IMG/VR virus record: IMGVR_UViG_3300027736_000054
Span: 1 to 57,563 of that record
DNA: 57,563 nucleotides
Source: a virus
Taxonomy: Duplodnaviria; Caudoviricetes
Direction: 5' to 3' (one strand)
A program made the translations under genes and the position numbers. The notes under the pieces are model-generated. The model saw only the letters and a list, made by a program, of their open reading frames with translations. It did not search any database and was not told where the DNA came from. Below are positions 15,101 to 25,239 of the stretch, one piece after another; within the stretch, counting starts at the first letter, position 1, and each line of letters begins with the position of its first letter.

Positions 15101-18100
15101 AAACTTTCCTTTTATTTTTTCGCCTATGCCTTCTTCTTCGGCAACTTCTTTTGCGCTCTCAGGAGTTGATTTTGGTTTAACTGGCGCAACCGTTTTGCTT
15201 CCAATTTTGCCTATTGCTTTTTCCGTTACATCTGTGGATGTTTCTAACAAAGAATCGGCAGCCCTAACCACTGCATCCAAGGCGGTTTCATATTGAACAT
15301 CTAAACCAAGGAGTTTTCTAAATATTTCAACCATGCGTGTTAACGCATTGGTATTGCCAACCTTAATCGTGGTTAAATAATCTTGAAAGTTTGGGTCGGT
15401 TAATCCCCAAGCAACCAATTCTTTAACATTTTTAACGGTATTTGTATTGTAATTAGCAATGTATGTAAGAAATGGGTGTTGTTTACCAGCTTTTACATCT
15501 GCATCTATTTGTTTCTTTACTTTGTTAAGCACAACAGATAGGTCGTTAAATTCTTTGCCGTTGGCGCTCAATGCAGGAACGGTGGCGGCGTGTAATAACT
15601 CATGCAAAATAGTAATGTATCGAGTGCCGGTATTGCTATGGGCTTTGCCGTTTTTTAAACCAGCAAACTGAAAGTGTCCATAACTAAAATTAACCGCATA
15701 TCTAAATCTACCACGCCATCTAAGGTCATCTCTATTTAAAACAGCAACTGGTTTATTAAAAAAATTCCTAGCATCTAATTCTTTAATTCGAGCCAAAACT
15801 TTTTCAGCAATGGCTTTTGCTGCACTATTGGGCGCATTATCAACCGTCCATTGAGCAAGTTCTGTAGCTGTCATGCCTTTAATTTCTTTGGCAATCTGCT
15901 CCATAGGCTTTTTAATTTTAAAGTCTTTTGGTTCTGGTAAGTCTATTGGCGAATCGGGTTTAGTAAATAAATCAGGCGAACCTTCGGACTTTAAAGATTT
16001 AAACACATCAGACAAAGAAAGCTTGGGTTTTTCACCAAACATATCTTCGCCCGCCTGTGATTGGTCATAAGCAGCATCAGCCAAATTACCAATCAATTCG
16101 CCCATACGTTTGCCTGAGCGACTATTTTCAGCAAACATTTCCAATATTGCTAGTGTGTTGGGGTCTAATCCTATTTGACCTTGTGCTACAAAATCTGAGA
16201 GCTTCATGCCGCTACGTTTTGCAGTAACAGCCAACTCTGCCGCCTCAACAATGTTGGGACGAATATCGTACTCGCCAGCCCCCTCTAACTTAGAAACGTT
16301 TGAGGCCGACCTAGCTAGAGCTTGTAAAATTAACTTTGCTTCTGGGTCTGCCGCTTGTGCATACAGATTTATTAAACTATCGCTACCATATGCTTTGTAA
16401 AAAATGGCATTGTTTAGCCTATCAATAGCTTTGGTATTGGGTACGCCTTTGCTGTCAAGCAATTCGCCCTGTTCTTCTTTAGGCATACCTTTGACAAACT
16501 GAACCAATGATTGAGTGTTAACGCTGCCATCTTCGCCGTATTGAAGTCCAGACAAATCAAAGCGGTTTAGGTCATTCTTTGCCGCCTCTACTGGGTTAAG
16601 CCTTAACTGTCCAGCCACATTAGAAACATCGCCAATGTCGGACGTAACAAATGACTTAGGCATAATCCTAACCAACACAGGATTATCCATGTCTAATATT
16701 TGACCTTGTTCAATACCGTGCTGATTATCATTGGCCATTGCTGAACGATAGTCGCTTGCGGTATCGCTACCATAGGCGGCCTGTAGTCCTGCTATGCGAC
16801 CATTGCCTGCAACAGCACGAATTGCTTGAGTGGAAACGTTACCATAATCAGAGTTTGTTCTGCCATCTGCTGTGTGTGATGCAAGCAATTGACCGGCATC
16901 TATAACTGCGTATTGAACGGGAATCTTCCTGCCGTCAGAGGCAGTAGCCACATCTATCCTACCCAGTTGATTGTCCGGAATGGTCAAATCACTAATAACT
17001 ACAGGCGCACCAGACCCAAAATCAGGGGATGTTTTAAGTCGGTCGTAGTCAGGTTTAGATGCAATACCTTGCACTTGCTGAATAGATGCAGCCGTAGCAC
17101 GGTCACGGTTTTGCAACTTAGCAAATATATCTGCCGCATCATCAGGCAATCCTTGCGTGTAATTTTTTAACGCATCCAAATCTGGTTGTTTTATTTCTGC
17201 CTTGGCAGCGGGAGGCATTTTGAGAGTAGGTGGTTGAGAAACATCTGTTGATGGCGGAACAATTTCAGCAGGAGGAGCGGTATTTTCAACAGGTGGCGCA
17301 GCGGTTTGGGTATTAGGTTGATTTATTGATGCTTTAATTTCATCAACGGGTGGTTTAATAACTGTTGGTTCTTTTTCAATTGCGGCGGGTCGTTGAGCTA
17401 ATCCTGTAACACCACCCATACCAACACCACCAACCGCAGCCATACCAGCAGTTTGCCCTAAACCCTCAACCAAACTTTGTTCTGGTTTGACTTCACGCAC
17501 AGCAAGGTTTTCAGAAAACTTTCCTCCAACCTCTTCTGCTATTTCACTGGCACCCTCGCCTAAAGCGCCTTTAACTCCGCTTGCAACACGGCCAGTCAAA
17601 CCTCTTGCGGCAACTTTACCAACTTCTTTAGGTACACCAACCAATGCCTTTTCAATTGTTTGTGCGCCGGGTAATTTTTGAGCCAACAAAGAAAGGATTG
17701 CAGCCGATGCACCTGTAGCACGGGCTAGGTTTAACGCACCTTCAGCAGCCTCTTCGTCTGATGCGCCCTTTGATTTTAATTCTTTGTAAATGTTTTCATA
17801 AGCGCCAGCACCCACATCTGCGCCTTGCTGTACCGCTCCTGCGCCAACAGCCGATTTAACAGCCGTTTTTCCAGCAAGTTTTACCGCCTCTTCTGCAACC
17901 AATCCTTTGCCAGCAGAACGAGCTAAAGATATTGCCGCACCCGCCTTACCCGCTCCAAATGGAACTAGTAGTTGAGGCGCTTGCTCTGCCAAAAAGTTAA
18001 GAAGCAACGCAGGGTTTGTAATTGTTTCGCCAAATGCAGTGCCAAATGCAGCAAGCTGTCCCTTTTTTTCTGCCTCTGCTATCTTGGTTGCCCTGTCTTG

Positions 18101-18508
18101 TTCCATTTGTTTAAGTGCGGGAGACTTCATTTCCTCGCCGTACTCTTGCATTCGTTTGCCTACGCTCTTTTGACCTTCTAATATTGCCTGCCCTACGGGG
18201 CCTCCAGCAATAGCCATGCCTGCAATTTGTCTTGCTTTGTCAACATTAGTTTCTGCTGGTTTGCCCATATCGCCAGTAACCAAGCCATACAGTTGCCCCG
18301 GCAATTGAACCAAAGAGCCTGTGCCAGAAACAACACCAGCACCCACATCTTTAATTGCCTCGCCCCACGTTCTTTCTAAAGGTTTTGCTTGGACCTTTGG
18401 TCGTCTTGGTGCTAAGTCTGATGGTAAGTCGTCCTCTGGTACAGCCCTGCTCACTAGCCTTTCGGGAAGGTCGTCAAGAGGTACTGTTGCCATTATGCAT
18501 ACTCCCAC
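12179..18508 (-). CDS. large polyvalent virion/ejection protein (DdrB/ParB-like domain, HExxH zincin-like domain, LPD38-like C-terminus)
   Basis: 2109 aa; LQNRDR...AGNGRIAGLQAAY; ILHELLHAAT; C-terminal RDNFWWF..RVPKPFEIG; last gene of the structural operon. Confidence 0.75.
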   Translation of the reverse strand: MGVCIMATVPLDDLPERLVSRAVPEDDLPSDLAPRRPKVQAKPLERTWGEAIKDVGAGVVSGTGSLVQLPGQLYGLVTGDMGKPAETNVDKARQIAGMAIAGGPVGQAILEGQKSVGKRMQEYGEEMKSPALKQMEQDRATKIAEAEKKGQLAAFGTAFGETITNPALLLNFLAEQAPQLLVPFGAGKAGAAISLARSAGKGLVAEEAVKLAGKTAVKSAVGAGAVQQGADVGAGAYENIYKELKSKGASDEEAAEGALNLARATGASAAILSLLAQKLPGAQTIEKALVGVPKEVGKVAARGLTGRVASGVKGALGEGASEIAEEVGGKFSENLAVREVKPEQSLVEGLGQTAGMAAVGGVGMGGVTGLAQRPAAIEKEPTVIKPPVDEIKASINQPNTQTAAPPVENTAPPAEIVPPSTDVSQPPTLKMPPAAKAEIKQPDLDALKNYTQGLPDDAADIFAKLQNRDRATAASIQQVQGIASKPDYDRLKTSPDFGSGAPVVISDLTIPDNQLGRIDVATASDGRKIPVQYAVIDAGQLLASHTADGRTNSDYGNVSTQAIRAVAGNGRIAGLQAAYGSDTASDYRSAMANDNQHGIEQGQILDMDNPVLVRIMPKSFVTSDIGDVSNVAGQLRLNPVEAAKNDLNRFDLSGLQYGEDGSVNTQSLVQFVKGMPKEEQGELLDSKGVPNTKAIDRLNNAIFYKAYGSDSLINLYAQAADPEAKLILQALARSASNVSKLEGAGEYDIRPNIVEAAELAVTAKRSGMKLSDFVAQGQIGLDPNTLAILEMFAENSRSGKRMGELIGNLADAAYDQSQAGEDMFGEKPKLSLSDVFKSLKSEGSPDLFTKPDSPIDLPEPKDFKIKKPMEQIAKEIKGMTATELAQWTVDNAPNSAAKAIAEKVLARIKELDARNFFNKPVAVLNRDDLRWRGRFRYAVNFSYGHFQFAGLKNGKAHSNTGTRYITILHELLHAATVPALSANGKEFNDLSVVLNKVKKQIDADVKAGKQHPFLTYIANYNTNTVKNVKELVAWGLTDPNFQDYLTTIKVGNTNALTRMVEIFRKLLGLDVQYETALDAVVRAADSLLETSTDVTEKAIGKIGSKTVAPVKPKSTPESAKEVAEEEGIGEKIKGKFNASLQKRQPLRPESFDGVSPEFMNNAQPVFAPQKKTIVDRINGLRDGFWKKVAQGMADQFRTIKEYSPVAYMLARLSKSVDGVLEGLMMYGEVFNDGGALNIKPNTKGLLEILKPLGVEVDRFNMWKALTREANLPANKRSRFIDKNGKDIMPELVAKREELIKGDLNGKSRKELYESVRKDMQKLNESVLKVALEMGLIDSTANMIKRIQEQIDYIENKEGLSNGAKDRQIEELQQKIDELRKDPIGYERFVNDINYIPFYREMEDGDIDAVMTASSLTNQHFSKELKGGESPFADLMENTLRNWSHILSASMKAQAAKATIDAAILMGGAEPNLKQQFVMIDDKVNVVVRKKDEDGNIYEDAEVYKDGQIEPWMTTPATGKSGKINVKIMVAGSPAYYNVLDPMLLDSISSIGYLGTSNKFLDVARDFKNMLQYGVTISPAFKVRNLIRDSISAMAVSDLKKNPFANIVNGWAESNKDRPAYISALAGGAIFNFGSTYEGDQAKMIKRLVAQGVKPEHILDSPVKVKEGLKIAWDKYQEWGNKSESANRMALYTQMRDKGMSHLEASFNARDLLDFSMSGSWPAFRQVAQVIPFLNARVQGLYKLGRDGITPTTRVAYNTITGKSLWDVDEQGKLTEKGERQKLTDQQKAASFSIVTASVCLASLALYFAFKDDDEFKKRDEWDRDNFWWFKLPGMDYALRVPKPFEIGAFGTLAERIAEQVFDKEAEGKQFEDSLKRMVTDTFAVNLPQIAKPLVDLYANKDSFTGAPIESAGLERLSKQERTTDTTSPLAIALGGLSSVMPFTGEGMSPVQMDYAIKAYFGWLGSAIAETSHYAVMPFKEGAYPDSKWVDRASVGLVKSLPSNQSKFATAFYESNKEISQAMADMRHYAAIGDTEKVIKIMREKGDKIALAKTYDRQSKVMAQIRQQISVITNDKTMDGAAKRKEIDRMKELISMVAEQTESLRKSLKK

Positions 18509-20031
18509 TTCCCATTACGATAGATGATTGGTTTACCAGAATTAGAGGTTGCTTTATCCCCCTCTTTGGCTCCGCCCGTTGGCGGCTTTTTCATTTTCTC
18601 TGTAAACTCTAACATACGTTGAGCATAATCTTCGGCATTATTAACGCCTTGTTTTTTCCAATTATCCTTTTCCATAAGGTCCATTTTGTTCCAGTCTTGC
18701 AGATGCCTTTCAACCAATGCATTTCTACTGCTTTCTAAACGACCAGAAGATTTATCAACGTAGAATTGGGCAAATGCTTCGGCCTCTGTTTTTTCTGCAT
18801 TTTTGGGGTCGGCCTTAAACATTCTGTAATAGTCATCAAAGTTTTTCTTTTCTTGAGTAGGCGCACCTTGTCTAAATTCCTCAAGCGCTCTTGCAGAACC
18901 AGCCCTAATGCCTTCAAGTTTAATATCATGCTTGGAACGAATTTCCGCCAACTCTTTCTCATTAGCAAATCTACTCTTAGCAAGTTCAATTTCATTTGCA
19001 TAACGGGCTTTTTCTCTATCAAGTTCATTGCCCGCCCTAAACGATTCAGCCGCAAATGTTCTGCCGGTTGTACCACGCTCTGTTCTCTGCTTCTCAAGAG
19101 AACCAAGACCTGCCGTAGCCATGCCAATAGCCTCTTGTCTACGAGCCGCCTCAATCTCAGCAAGTAATTTGTTTTGTTCTTTGGTATTTGCTTGGTCAGC
19201 ACTTCGTTCTGCACTCATCTGAGCCAAATAAGCAGGACCAGCACCGCCCAAACTGCCTCTAGCCATACCACCAAGAACAGCCATGACACGCTCATAATCT
19301 CTATCGGATATTGCCTTTTGATATTCTTCCTGTTGCTTTTTAATTCCTGCCTCTGCTTGGTCTCCGTACTGACCCTTGACTCCGGCAAGCTCTCTCATTT
19401 TTGTTTGAGCCGCCATAATATCTTCAGGCGTTTGTACCTTTAAAGTCTCTTTAGCGGCAGTTAAAAACTCTGGGTCTAATTGGTTTTGTGCGGTAGGAGC
19501 GGGTTGAGGTATTGTGCTTTGCTGACCTTGCGCCGACCTAATAATTTCTTGCATCTCTCTGCGCCGTGCTTCTTCAGGCGTTTCTGCCACAGGAACATCG
19601 CTTCGTTGTTCTCCAGCAAAAGCAATAATTCCACCGCTTCCATATTGGAAAAACTCTGAACCTATTGGTAACTGTGCCACCCCACCCATAGCCATTTGAG
19701 CCTCTTCTTGTGGTTGTGGTTGTGGAATACCTTCAGGTACGGGCATAGGTTGCTGCTGCCCTTGTTGCATCATCTGTTGCTGTGCTTGTTTTTGTTGTTG
19801 AGCTTGAAGAGCCATTAGCCCAGCCTTCTGTTCTAACTGGTCTTTAAGAGTTGGCGCACCAGCACCTTGTGCGGCTTGGTTTTCTTGCTCTCGTTTATTC
19901 ATTGCTTCTCTGCGATTTAATTCGCCTTGAGCCATCCAAGCAGGAACTTCTGGATTTAATCCATTTTGATATTCAATTAATTTTTGTGGAGCAACTTCTT
20001 TTAAATGCTCATTTATTTGAACGAGATTCAT
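18493..20031 (-). CDS. putative internal virion (ejection) protein
   Basis: 512 aa, Q/A/E-rich helical; GGIIAF motif; position in operon. Confidence 0.6.
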   Translation of the reverse strand: MNLVQINEHLKEVAPQKLIEYQNGLNPEVPAWMAQGELNRREAMNKREQENQAAQGAGAPTLKDQLEQKAGLMALQAQQQKQAQQQMMQQGQQQPMPVPEGIPQPQPQEEAQMAMGGVAQLPIGSEFFQYGSGGIIAFAGEQRSDVPVAETPEEARRREMQEIIRSAQGQQSTIPQPAPTAQNQLDPEFLTAAKETLKVQTPEDIMAAQTKMRELAGVKGQYGDQAEAGIKKQQEEYQKAISDRDYERVMAVLGGMARGSLGGAGPAYLAQMSAERSADQANTKEQNKLLAEIEAARRQEAIGMATAGLGSLEKQRTERGTTGRTFAAESFRAGNELDREKARYANEIELAKSRFANEKELAEIRSKHDIKLEGIRAGSARALEEFRQGAPTQEKKNFDDYYRMFKADPKNAEKTEAEAFAQFYVDKSSGRLESSRNALVERHLQDWNKMDLMEKDNWKKQGVNNAEDYAQRMLEFTEKMKKPPTGGAKEGDKATSNSGKPIIYRNGKWEYA

Positions 20032-20040
20032 TTTTATCCC

Positions 20041-22044
20041 TTAAGTTTTTGCTGGTGTTGTTGCTGGCGTTGTTGCAGCAGGAGCTTGCCCAAGACCAGA
20101 AAGAGTTTTATACAAACCCATTAACCCTTGTATTTGAGCAGAAAGTTCACTGATTTGCGTTTGATTTAAAGAATTGGAAGTTGTAGTAATTGGCAACCCT
20201 TGCAACAAATCTTTTTGGTACTGAACCATTTTTCCGGGGTAATCCCTTTCTTCTTCAAACTGAAGTTTGTCGGCAGTCATGCCTTGTTGGTCAATGTTGC
20301 GTTGAGTTTCTCCGGCCCTGCCAAGCTCTTGCTGAACTTGTAAATCACGGGATTTATCGGTACCAAAGATGCCAGCCGCTTTGTCAAATGCAGTAGAGTA
20401 GCCTTGTGCAAGGGCTTTGTTTTGCTCCATCATTAAATTGCGCTGTGTTTCTGCATCCATGATTGCCTGTCTACTACCGCCATAAGCACCGGCTTGCGAA
20501 AGTTTTCCAGCATTTGTCATTTGAGTAATCTGAGCCTGACGGCGCATCTCATCTAACTGTGGGTTTAATGCGGCCTGAATATATGGATTCATATACTGCT
20601 GTGCGGCAGAAGCATTAAACGTATTGTTGTCGGCCAAATTAGATAATCCTGAAAATTGTTTTTTCTGCAACTCAGATGAGTCGGCAACTAATGGTCCTTT
20701 ATAGCCTTCATACGGAGTGTCAGCTACTGCCGCCCCCTTACTTAAATAATCAGATACATACGGACCAGCCCATTCAGATAAAGAACTTTCTGTAGATGAA
20801 CCCAAACCCGGAGCGGTGGTAGATGCCGCACTTGTTCCTGTTGTACCTGTAGAACCAGTTCCGGTTACCCCTACAGCACTACCATCTGGTCCGGCAAACC
20901 TAGCAATACCACCAGAGGCATAACCAACCCGACCACCGGGCATAAAACTATCAGGATTAATTCGCCTACCTTGTTGGGTTGTGCCTGTTCTAGCCTTGCG
21001 GATACGGGCCATCATGTCATATAACTTCTTGGCACCAGCATCAGAATTGCCGTTACCAAAGTGAGATACAACATCGGCAGGAATAACAAACTCGCCATGA
21101 CTCAAGGCGGCTTTTTGTTGACCGTCAATAGATGATGGAATTTTGTCGGCCATACCATCAGTCATTCCTTGAAGGTATCGGGGCTGGGCAATACCGCCTC
21201 TTGCCATTCCTGTGGCTTGAGGAATAGGCATTAAAGATGATACGCCTGATGCTCCTGATGATGGTAACGTTTCCATTGGTGCTGGTTGAGTGGTTGGTTG
21301 AGGGGCTGGAGTTGGTTTATATGCAGACAAAATTCCTTTTGCCTGCTCAGTAACGCCCGCTCTGGCGGCAGCGGCATTTGCTGGACTAGCATAAGCCATA
21401 TCGGTAAAATAACTTCTACCCATGCTTCCGGGTCTGCGGTTTGGGTCGTTGTAATCTATTCTTCCACGGATTGCTTGCGTATCCATTGGGATAGAACCTT
21501 TCCAGCCGCCAGTTTTAACCTTATCTCCGCCTGTTATAGCTTTAATTCCAGCGGCGGCAGTGGCTAATTTAGCCCAGTCTGTTTTGCCATTAGCATCAGT
21601 AAAATAACTTTTTAAACCGCCTGTAATTTTGTCAATAACAGAGCCGGATGGGGTAACTGGGCTGCCTCGAAGAGAAGCCATTGTGTCTTTTGTAATACCA
21701 GACACATCGCCATGATTTATGGCGGCATCCATAGCTTTATATTGAGCATCAGTTATTTTATAATAATTGCCGTCTGGAGTTTGACCATACTTACTGCCGT
21801 CAGGCAATGTATGAATTACATCCCCCGCAAGATTTTCAGTTTTAACCGCTCTTTCGGCAATTGTTCCATCGCCACTAGATGCCGATTCTCCATACATATC
21901 TGGCTCTGTATTTGCATAAGCAACTGGGTCTTGAACCGAATAGGTAGGCAATATAGATGTGTCCATACCGCCGCCAGAGGCTTCCCCGTCATCCGCCCAA
22001 ATGGGTTGGTCGTTATCGTCCCATCCTGATACATACATTGTCAT
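20041..22044 (-). CDS. putative internal virion (ejection) protein
   Basis: 667 aa; DGMADKIP...LSHGEFVIPADVV motif; YMNPY and GAYGGSRQ motifs typical of podovirus DNA-transfer proteins. Confidence 0.65.
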   Translation of the reverse strand: MTMYVSGWDDNDQPIWADDGEASGGGMDTSILPTYSVQDPVAYANTEPDMYGESASSGDGTIAERAVKTENLAGDVIHTLPDGSKYGQTPDGNYYKITDAQYKAMDAAINHGDVSGITKDTMASLRGSPVTPSGSVIDKITGGLKSYFTDANGKTDWAKLATAAAGIKAITGGDKVKTGGWKGSIPMDTQAIRGRIDYNDPNRRPGSMGRSYFTDMAYASPANAAAARAGVTEQAKGILSAYKPTPAPQPTTQPAPMETLPSSGASGVSSLMPIPQATGMARGGIAQPRYLQGMTDGMADKIPSSIDGQQKAALSHGEFVIPADVVSHFGNGNSDAGAKKLYDMMARIRKARTGTTQQGRRINPDSFMPGGRVGYASGGIARFAGPDGSAVGVTGTGSTGTTGTSAASTTAPGLGSSTESSLSEWAGPYVSDYLSKGAAVADTPYEGYKGPLVADSSELQKKQFSGLSNLADNNTFNASAAQQYMNPYIQAALNPQLDEMRRQAQITQMTNAGKLSQAGAYGGSRQAIMDAETQRNLMMEQNKALAQGYSTAFDKAAGIFGTDKSRDLQVQQELGRAGETQRNIDQQGMTADKLQFEEERDYPGKMVQYQKDLLQGLPITTTSNSLNQTQISELSAQIQGLMGLYKTLSGLGQAPAATTPATTPAKT

Positions 22045-22046
22045 AA

Positions 22047-24791
22047 TTAACCTCTTCTGTGTAGAAGCCCCATTAGACCAATCGGTCCACCTGAAGCGAT
22101 TTTAACCGTGCCATCATCTTTTTGTGTAAGATTTTCTTGGCGGCCTCTTGCCACATCACCAAAATAACCTACATTAAATGGTTGCCCTAAATCAAACGTA
22201 CCTGTTGATTCAACAACCGGTATTGGAGCTGGGGCTTGTTGCTGCATAACCCCCTGAGTAATTCCTTGCGAAGACGTTTCCAATTCAGGCATTTGCGAAG
22301 ACGTTTCCAATTCAGGCATTAAAGCGGCAATACCCGCCGTAAGTTGTTCTTTTGTTTTTGTGGCCGCTCTTACTTTAGCATCAGCCTTGGCTTTGGCATC
22401 AGCCTTGGCTCTGGCTTCATTATCAGCGTTGGCTTTGGCGGCGGCGGCCTTGGCGGCGGCTTTAGTGATTGCTATTTGAGAGCCGGTAGCCCCCCATATA
22501 TTGCCAGTAGTACCTTTAAAAGCCTGAGTTGTTGCCTTCTTTTCGCCAACATAATTGCCATATAAGTCAAATGCATTCCCGCTTGGGTCTGTCCAAACGT
22601 TGTTCTTAAATGACCAACCAGCCATGTTTCCAGTATCGCCAGATTTGCTTAAATTTTCCCATGGCTGAACTTCATACTCTTGTTCTTTGCCGGTAATAAT
22701 GTTTCCGTTGATATCTAAAACATTTCCTTCTGGGCTTACCCAGTTTCCTTCTGGAGTAAGACTCCAACCAGCCGCAGAAGTTTCATCAACCATGCCAAAT
22801 GCGTTAGCAATATTAGCTGTTTTTGTTGGGTCGTAATCTGCTCCAGCCACTATATTTTTTAGCGCCAGCACATCTTTTGCATCTACTTTGCCATCACCGG
22901 TAGCGTCATAATTAAGATTTTGTGATAGCTCGCCTTTGGCAATTTTTTCTACTGTTGCAATATCTTCCGGCTTAACCGCCCTTGATTCATATCCTGCATA
23001 AGTAGTTTTTCCGTCTGGAGTGGTAACGATTCCAGCAAGAACATTGTCTGATACTGGGTTATCAATGCCTACAAATTGTTGCTTCCCGTCTAAGGTTAAA
23101 AACTGCTTACTTTGTGAGTCAATAACTGAACCGTTACTTAAATAAATTAATCCGGGTTTACCCTCTGGGTTATCTACTGGGGTAACATCACCCTTCAATA
23201 TAGCGTCATTCAATATATCTCTTGATACCGATGTAGCAATTTGTGTACTATATTTTGTTTGCAAATCTTCAAATTTTGTAGCGGCGGCATTTGCGGCATC
23301 TGCTGTTTTTTGTATATCTTGTGAAGACTGGTAAAGTTGCCATGCGGGAGAACCTTCTTTATTGGAGGCCGATGGTGCGCCAGTGTTGTAATCAGTTAAA
23401 AGGGCAACCTTTCCATTTAATTCTGTTGCTTTAGCTGTCAATTCTTCATTTTGTTTTGTATATGAATCAAATATGGGCTTATTTGCTGGCAACTGTGTAT
23501 ATTTATCAAAACCTTGTGCATAAGTGTTTGCAAGACGGGCTTGTCCCGATGCTTGGGTAGCAGCCGCATTTCTTGTGTCTATATCTAAAGCAGTATTGTT
23601 ATATATTGCCATTTGCTTATCGTATTCTGCCTTGGCATCGTTATAAGCATTAGTAAATTCATTTTGTTTATTTAAAATAGGCTGCATATTTTTATTCCAA
23701 CCATCCATAAATGTGGTTCTTTGTGCATTAAAAGCATCTATTTCTTTTTGGGTTGCAGTTTGTTGATTCTGCCAATCCTTAAGGTCGGCATCATAAGCTT
23801 CTTGTTTTGGTTTTAAAGCAGAAAAATAATCAGCATATTCTTTGTATGCGCTTTTAGCTTCTGTCGCCAAAGCAGACCCTGCTGTATTGACAACCGCATC
23901 GGCAATAAAATTAGTAATAATTTGCGTTGGGTCTTTGCCTGTAATGGCGCCAGCCAATCCAGTAGATATGGTTTTATTAATTAAATTCATTGTCTTATCA
24001 GACAAACCCCAATCTTTTTGCAACCCTAACTCATTGGTTAAACTAACAGTACCCGCAGAAAGAGAGCCAGATAACGCCCCAGCGGTCATTGCAGCGCCTA
24101 CATCTTTACCAGTTAAGCCCGCCGTAACGCCCATAATGACGGAGTTATTTAAAGCAGAAGATGCCATATTGCCTATTGTTTGGGTGGTGCTTTCACCAAC
24201 AGATAAACCAATTTGTTTTGTAATATCAGTAAAAGTCTGAGGAGCTTGATAGTTTTCTCCAAACTCACTTACAGCATCTGGTCCCAAACCAAGGTCCACA
24301 TTTTGCGCAACATAGCTAACGGCATAAGAAACTGCGGCACTTTTAACCATATCGCTAATATCACCGCCACGAGCAGCAGTAATGGCCGCCGAAGTAACAA
24401 AAGGAGGTATGCCAATTGCCGCACCAGCGTACATTGCAATAAACGGCAACGGGTCTTTTATAATTGCTTTAACAGTGGAACTTACTTTAGAAAGCGTTTT
24501 TTCTATAGCAGTACCAACACCCTGTAATGTTTTGACAACCGCATTTGAAACGGATGATACGGCAGATACAACTTTACTAACAATATTTTGCGGGCTAAAA
24601 CTTTTCAAACTTAATCTATATTCAGGCAATCCAGTATGCGGATTAGTTGTTCCAGAACCGCCCAATGCTTTTAATATTTCAGCCTCATAAGGGTTGATGT
24701 GAGCAAGCATAGTGTCGCCATCACGACCCTTTTTAACAAGCTCTTGAGCTAAAGATTTTAAGCCTGACATATTAGGGTCTTTGCTTTCCAA
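22047..24791 (-). CDS. putative internal virion protein
   Basis: 914 aa; N-terminal GRDGDTMLAHI..EAEILKALGGSGTTNPHTGLPEY motif; EF-hand-like DATGDGKVDAKD. Confidence 0.65.
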   Translation of the reverse strand: MESKDPNMSGLKSLAQELVKKGRDGDTMLAHINPYEAEILKALGGSGTTNPHTGLPEYRLSLKSFSPQNIVSKVVSAVSSVSNAVVKTLQGVGTAIEKTLSKVSSTVKAIIKDPLPFIAMYAGAAIGIPPFVTSAAITAARGGDISDMVKSAAVSYAVSYVAQNVDLGLGPDAVSEFGENYQAPQTFTDITKQIGLSVGESTTQTIGNMASSALNNSVIMGVTAGLTGKDVGAAMTAGALSGSLSAGTVSLTNELGLQKDWGLSDKTMNLINKTISTGLAGAITGKDPTQIITNFIADAVVNTAGSALATEAKSAYKEYADYFSALKPKQEAYDADLKDWQNQQTATQKEIDAFNAQRTTFMDGWNKNMQPILNKQNEFTNAYNDAKAEYDKQMAIYNNTALDIDTRNAAATQASGQARLANTYAQGFDKYTQLPANKPIFDSYTKQNEELTAKATELNGKVALLTDYNTGAPSASNKEGSPAWQLYQSSQDIQKTADAANAAATKFEDLQTKYSTQIATSVSRDILNDAILKGDVTPVDNPEGKPGLIYLSNGSVIDSQSKQFLTLDGKQQFVGIDNPVSDNVLAGIVTTPDGKTTYAGYESRAVKPEDIATVEKIAKGELSQNLNYDATGDGKVDAKDVLALKNIVAGADYDPTKTANIANAFGMVDETSAAGWSLTPEGNWVSPEGNVLDINGNIITGKEQEYEVQPWENLSKSGDTGNMAGWSFKNNVWTDPSGNAFDLYGNYVGEKKATTQAFKGTTGNIWGATGSQIAITKAAAKAAAAKANADNEARAKADAKAKADAKVRAATKTKEQLTAGIAALMPELETSSQMPELETSSQGITQGVMQQQAPAPIPVVESTGTFDLGQPFNVGYFGDVARGRQENLTQKDDGTVKIASGGPIGLMGLLHRRG
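22266..22319. repeat. exact 27-bp tandem duplication (MPELETSSQ x2)
   Basis: TTGCGAAGACGTTTCCAATTCAGGCAT at 22266-22292 and 22293-22319. Confidence 0.95.
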
Positions 24792-25239
24792 GGACGATTA
24801 TTATTCTGTCTCCCTCGCCAGCAATCTCTTTATCTTCATTTTGGTATTTATCAAACGCTTGTTTAAAAGCCATTGCAACATTGGATTCAACTTGATAGAT
24901 AAGAACATCAGCGCCTACCTTGTATGAGGCCTCAAAACACATGGTTAAATTGTTTGGCAAGTTGTTTAACGTATCGCCGTTAAACATACGAACCACACAA
25001 ACTCTTTCTGGAAGAGGGTGCAATACAAACAAAGTATTATTCTCTTGCATCCTGATTAAAGACTTGTCTTGAATCTCCGCTACATAAGACGCATGAAGTA
25101 TTCTTTCTGCCGAAACACCTTCGGTTTTGTTTTCTTTTTTAATGGTTTCAAGCACAGCCCTGTTTTGATTGGCGGCAACAATAAGAATATCTGCTGGTTG
25201 CAGTTTCTTTTTCTTGCTATCAACTAATGTTACGTTCAT
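24772..25239 (-). CDS. hypothetical protein
   Basis: 155-aa ORF in the structural operon. Confidence 0.7.
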   Translation of the reverse strand: MNVTLVDSKKKKLQPADILIVAANQNRAVLETIKKENKTEGVSAERILHASYVAEIQDKSLIRMQENNTLFVLHPLPERVCVVRMFNGDTLNNLPNNLTMCFEASYKVGADVLIYQVESNVAMAFKQAFDKYQNEDKEIAGEGDRIIIVLGKQRP

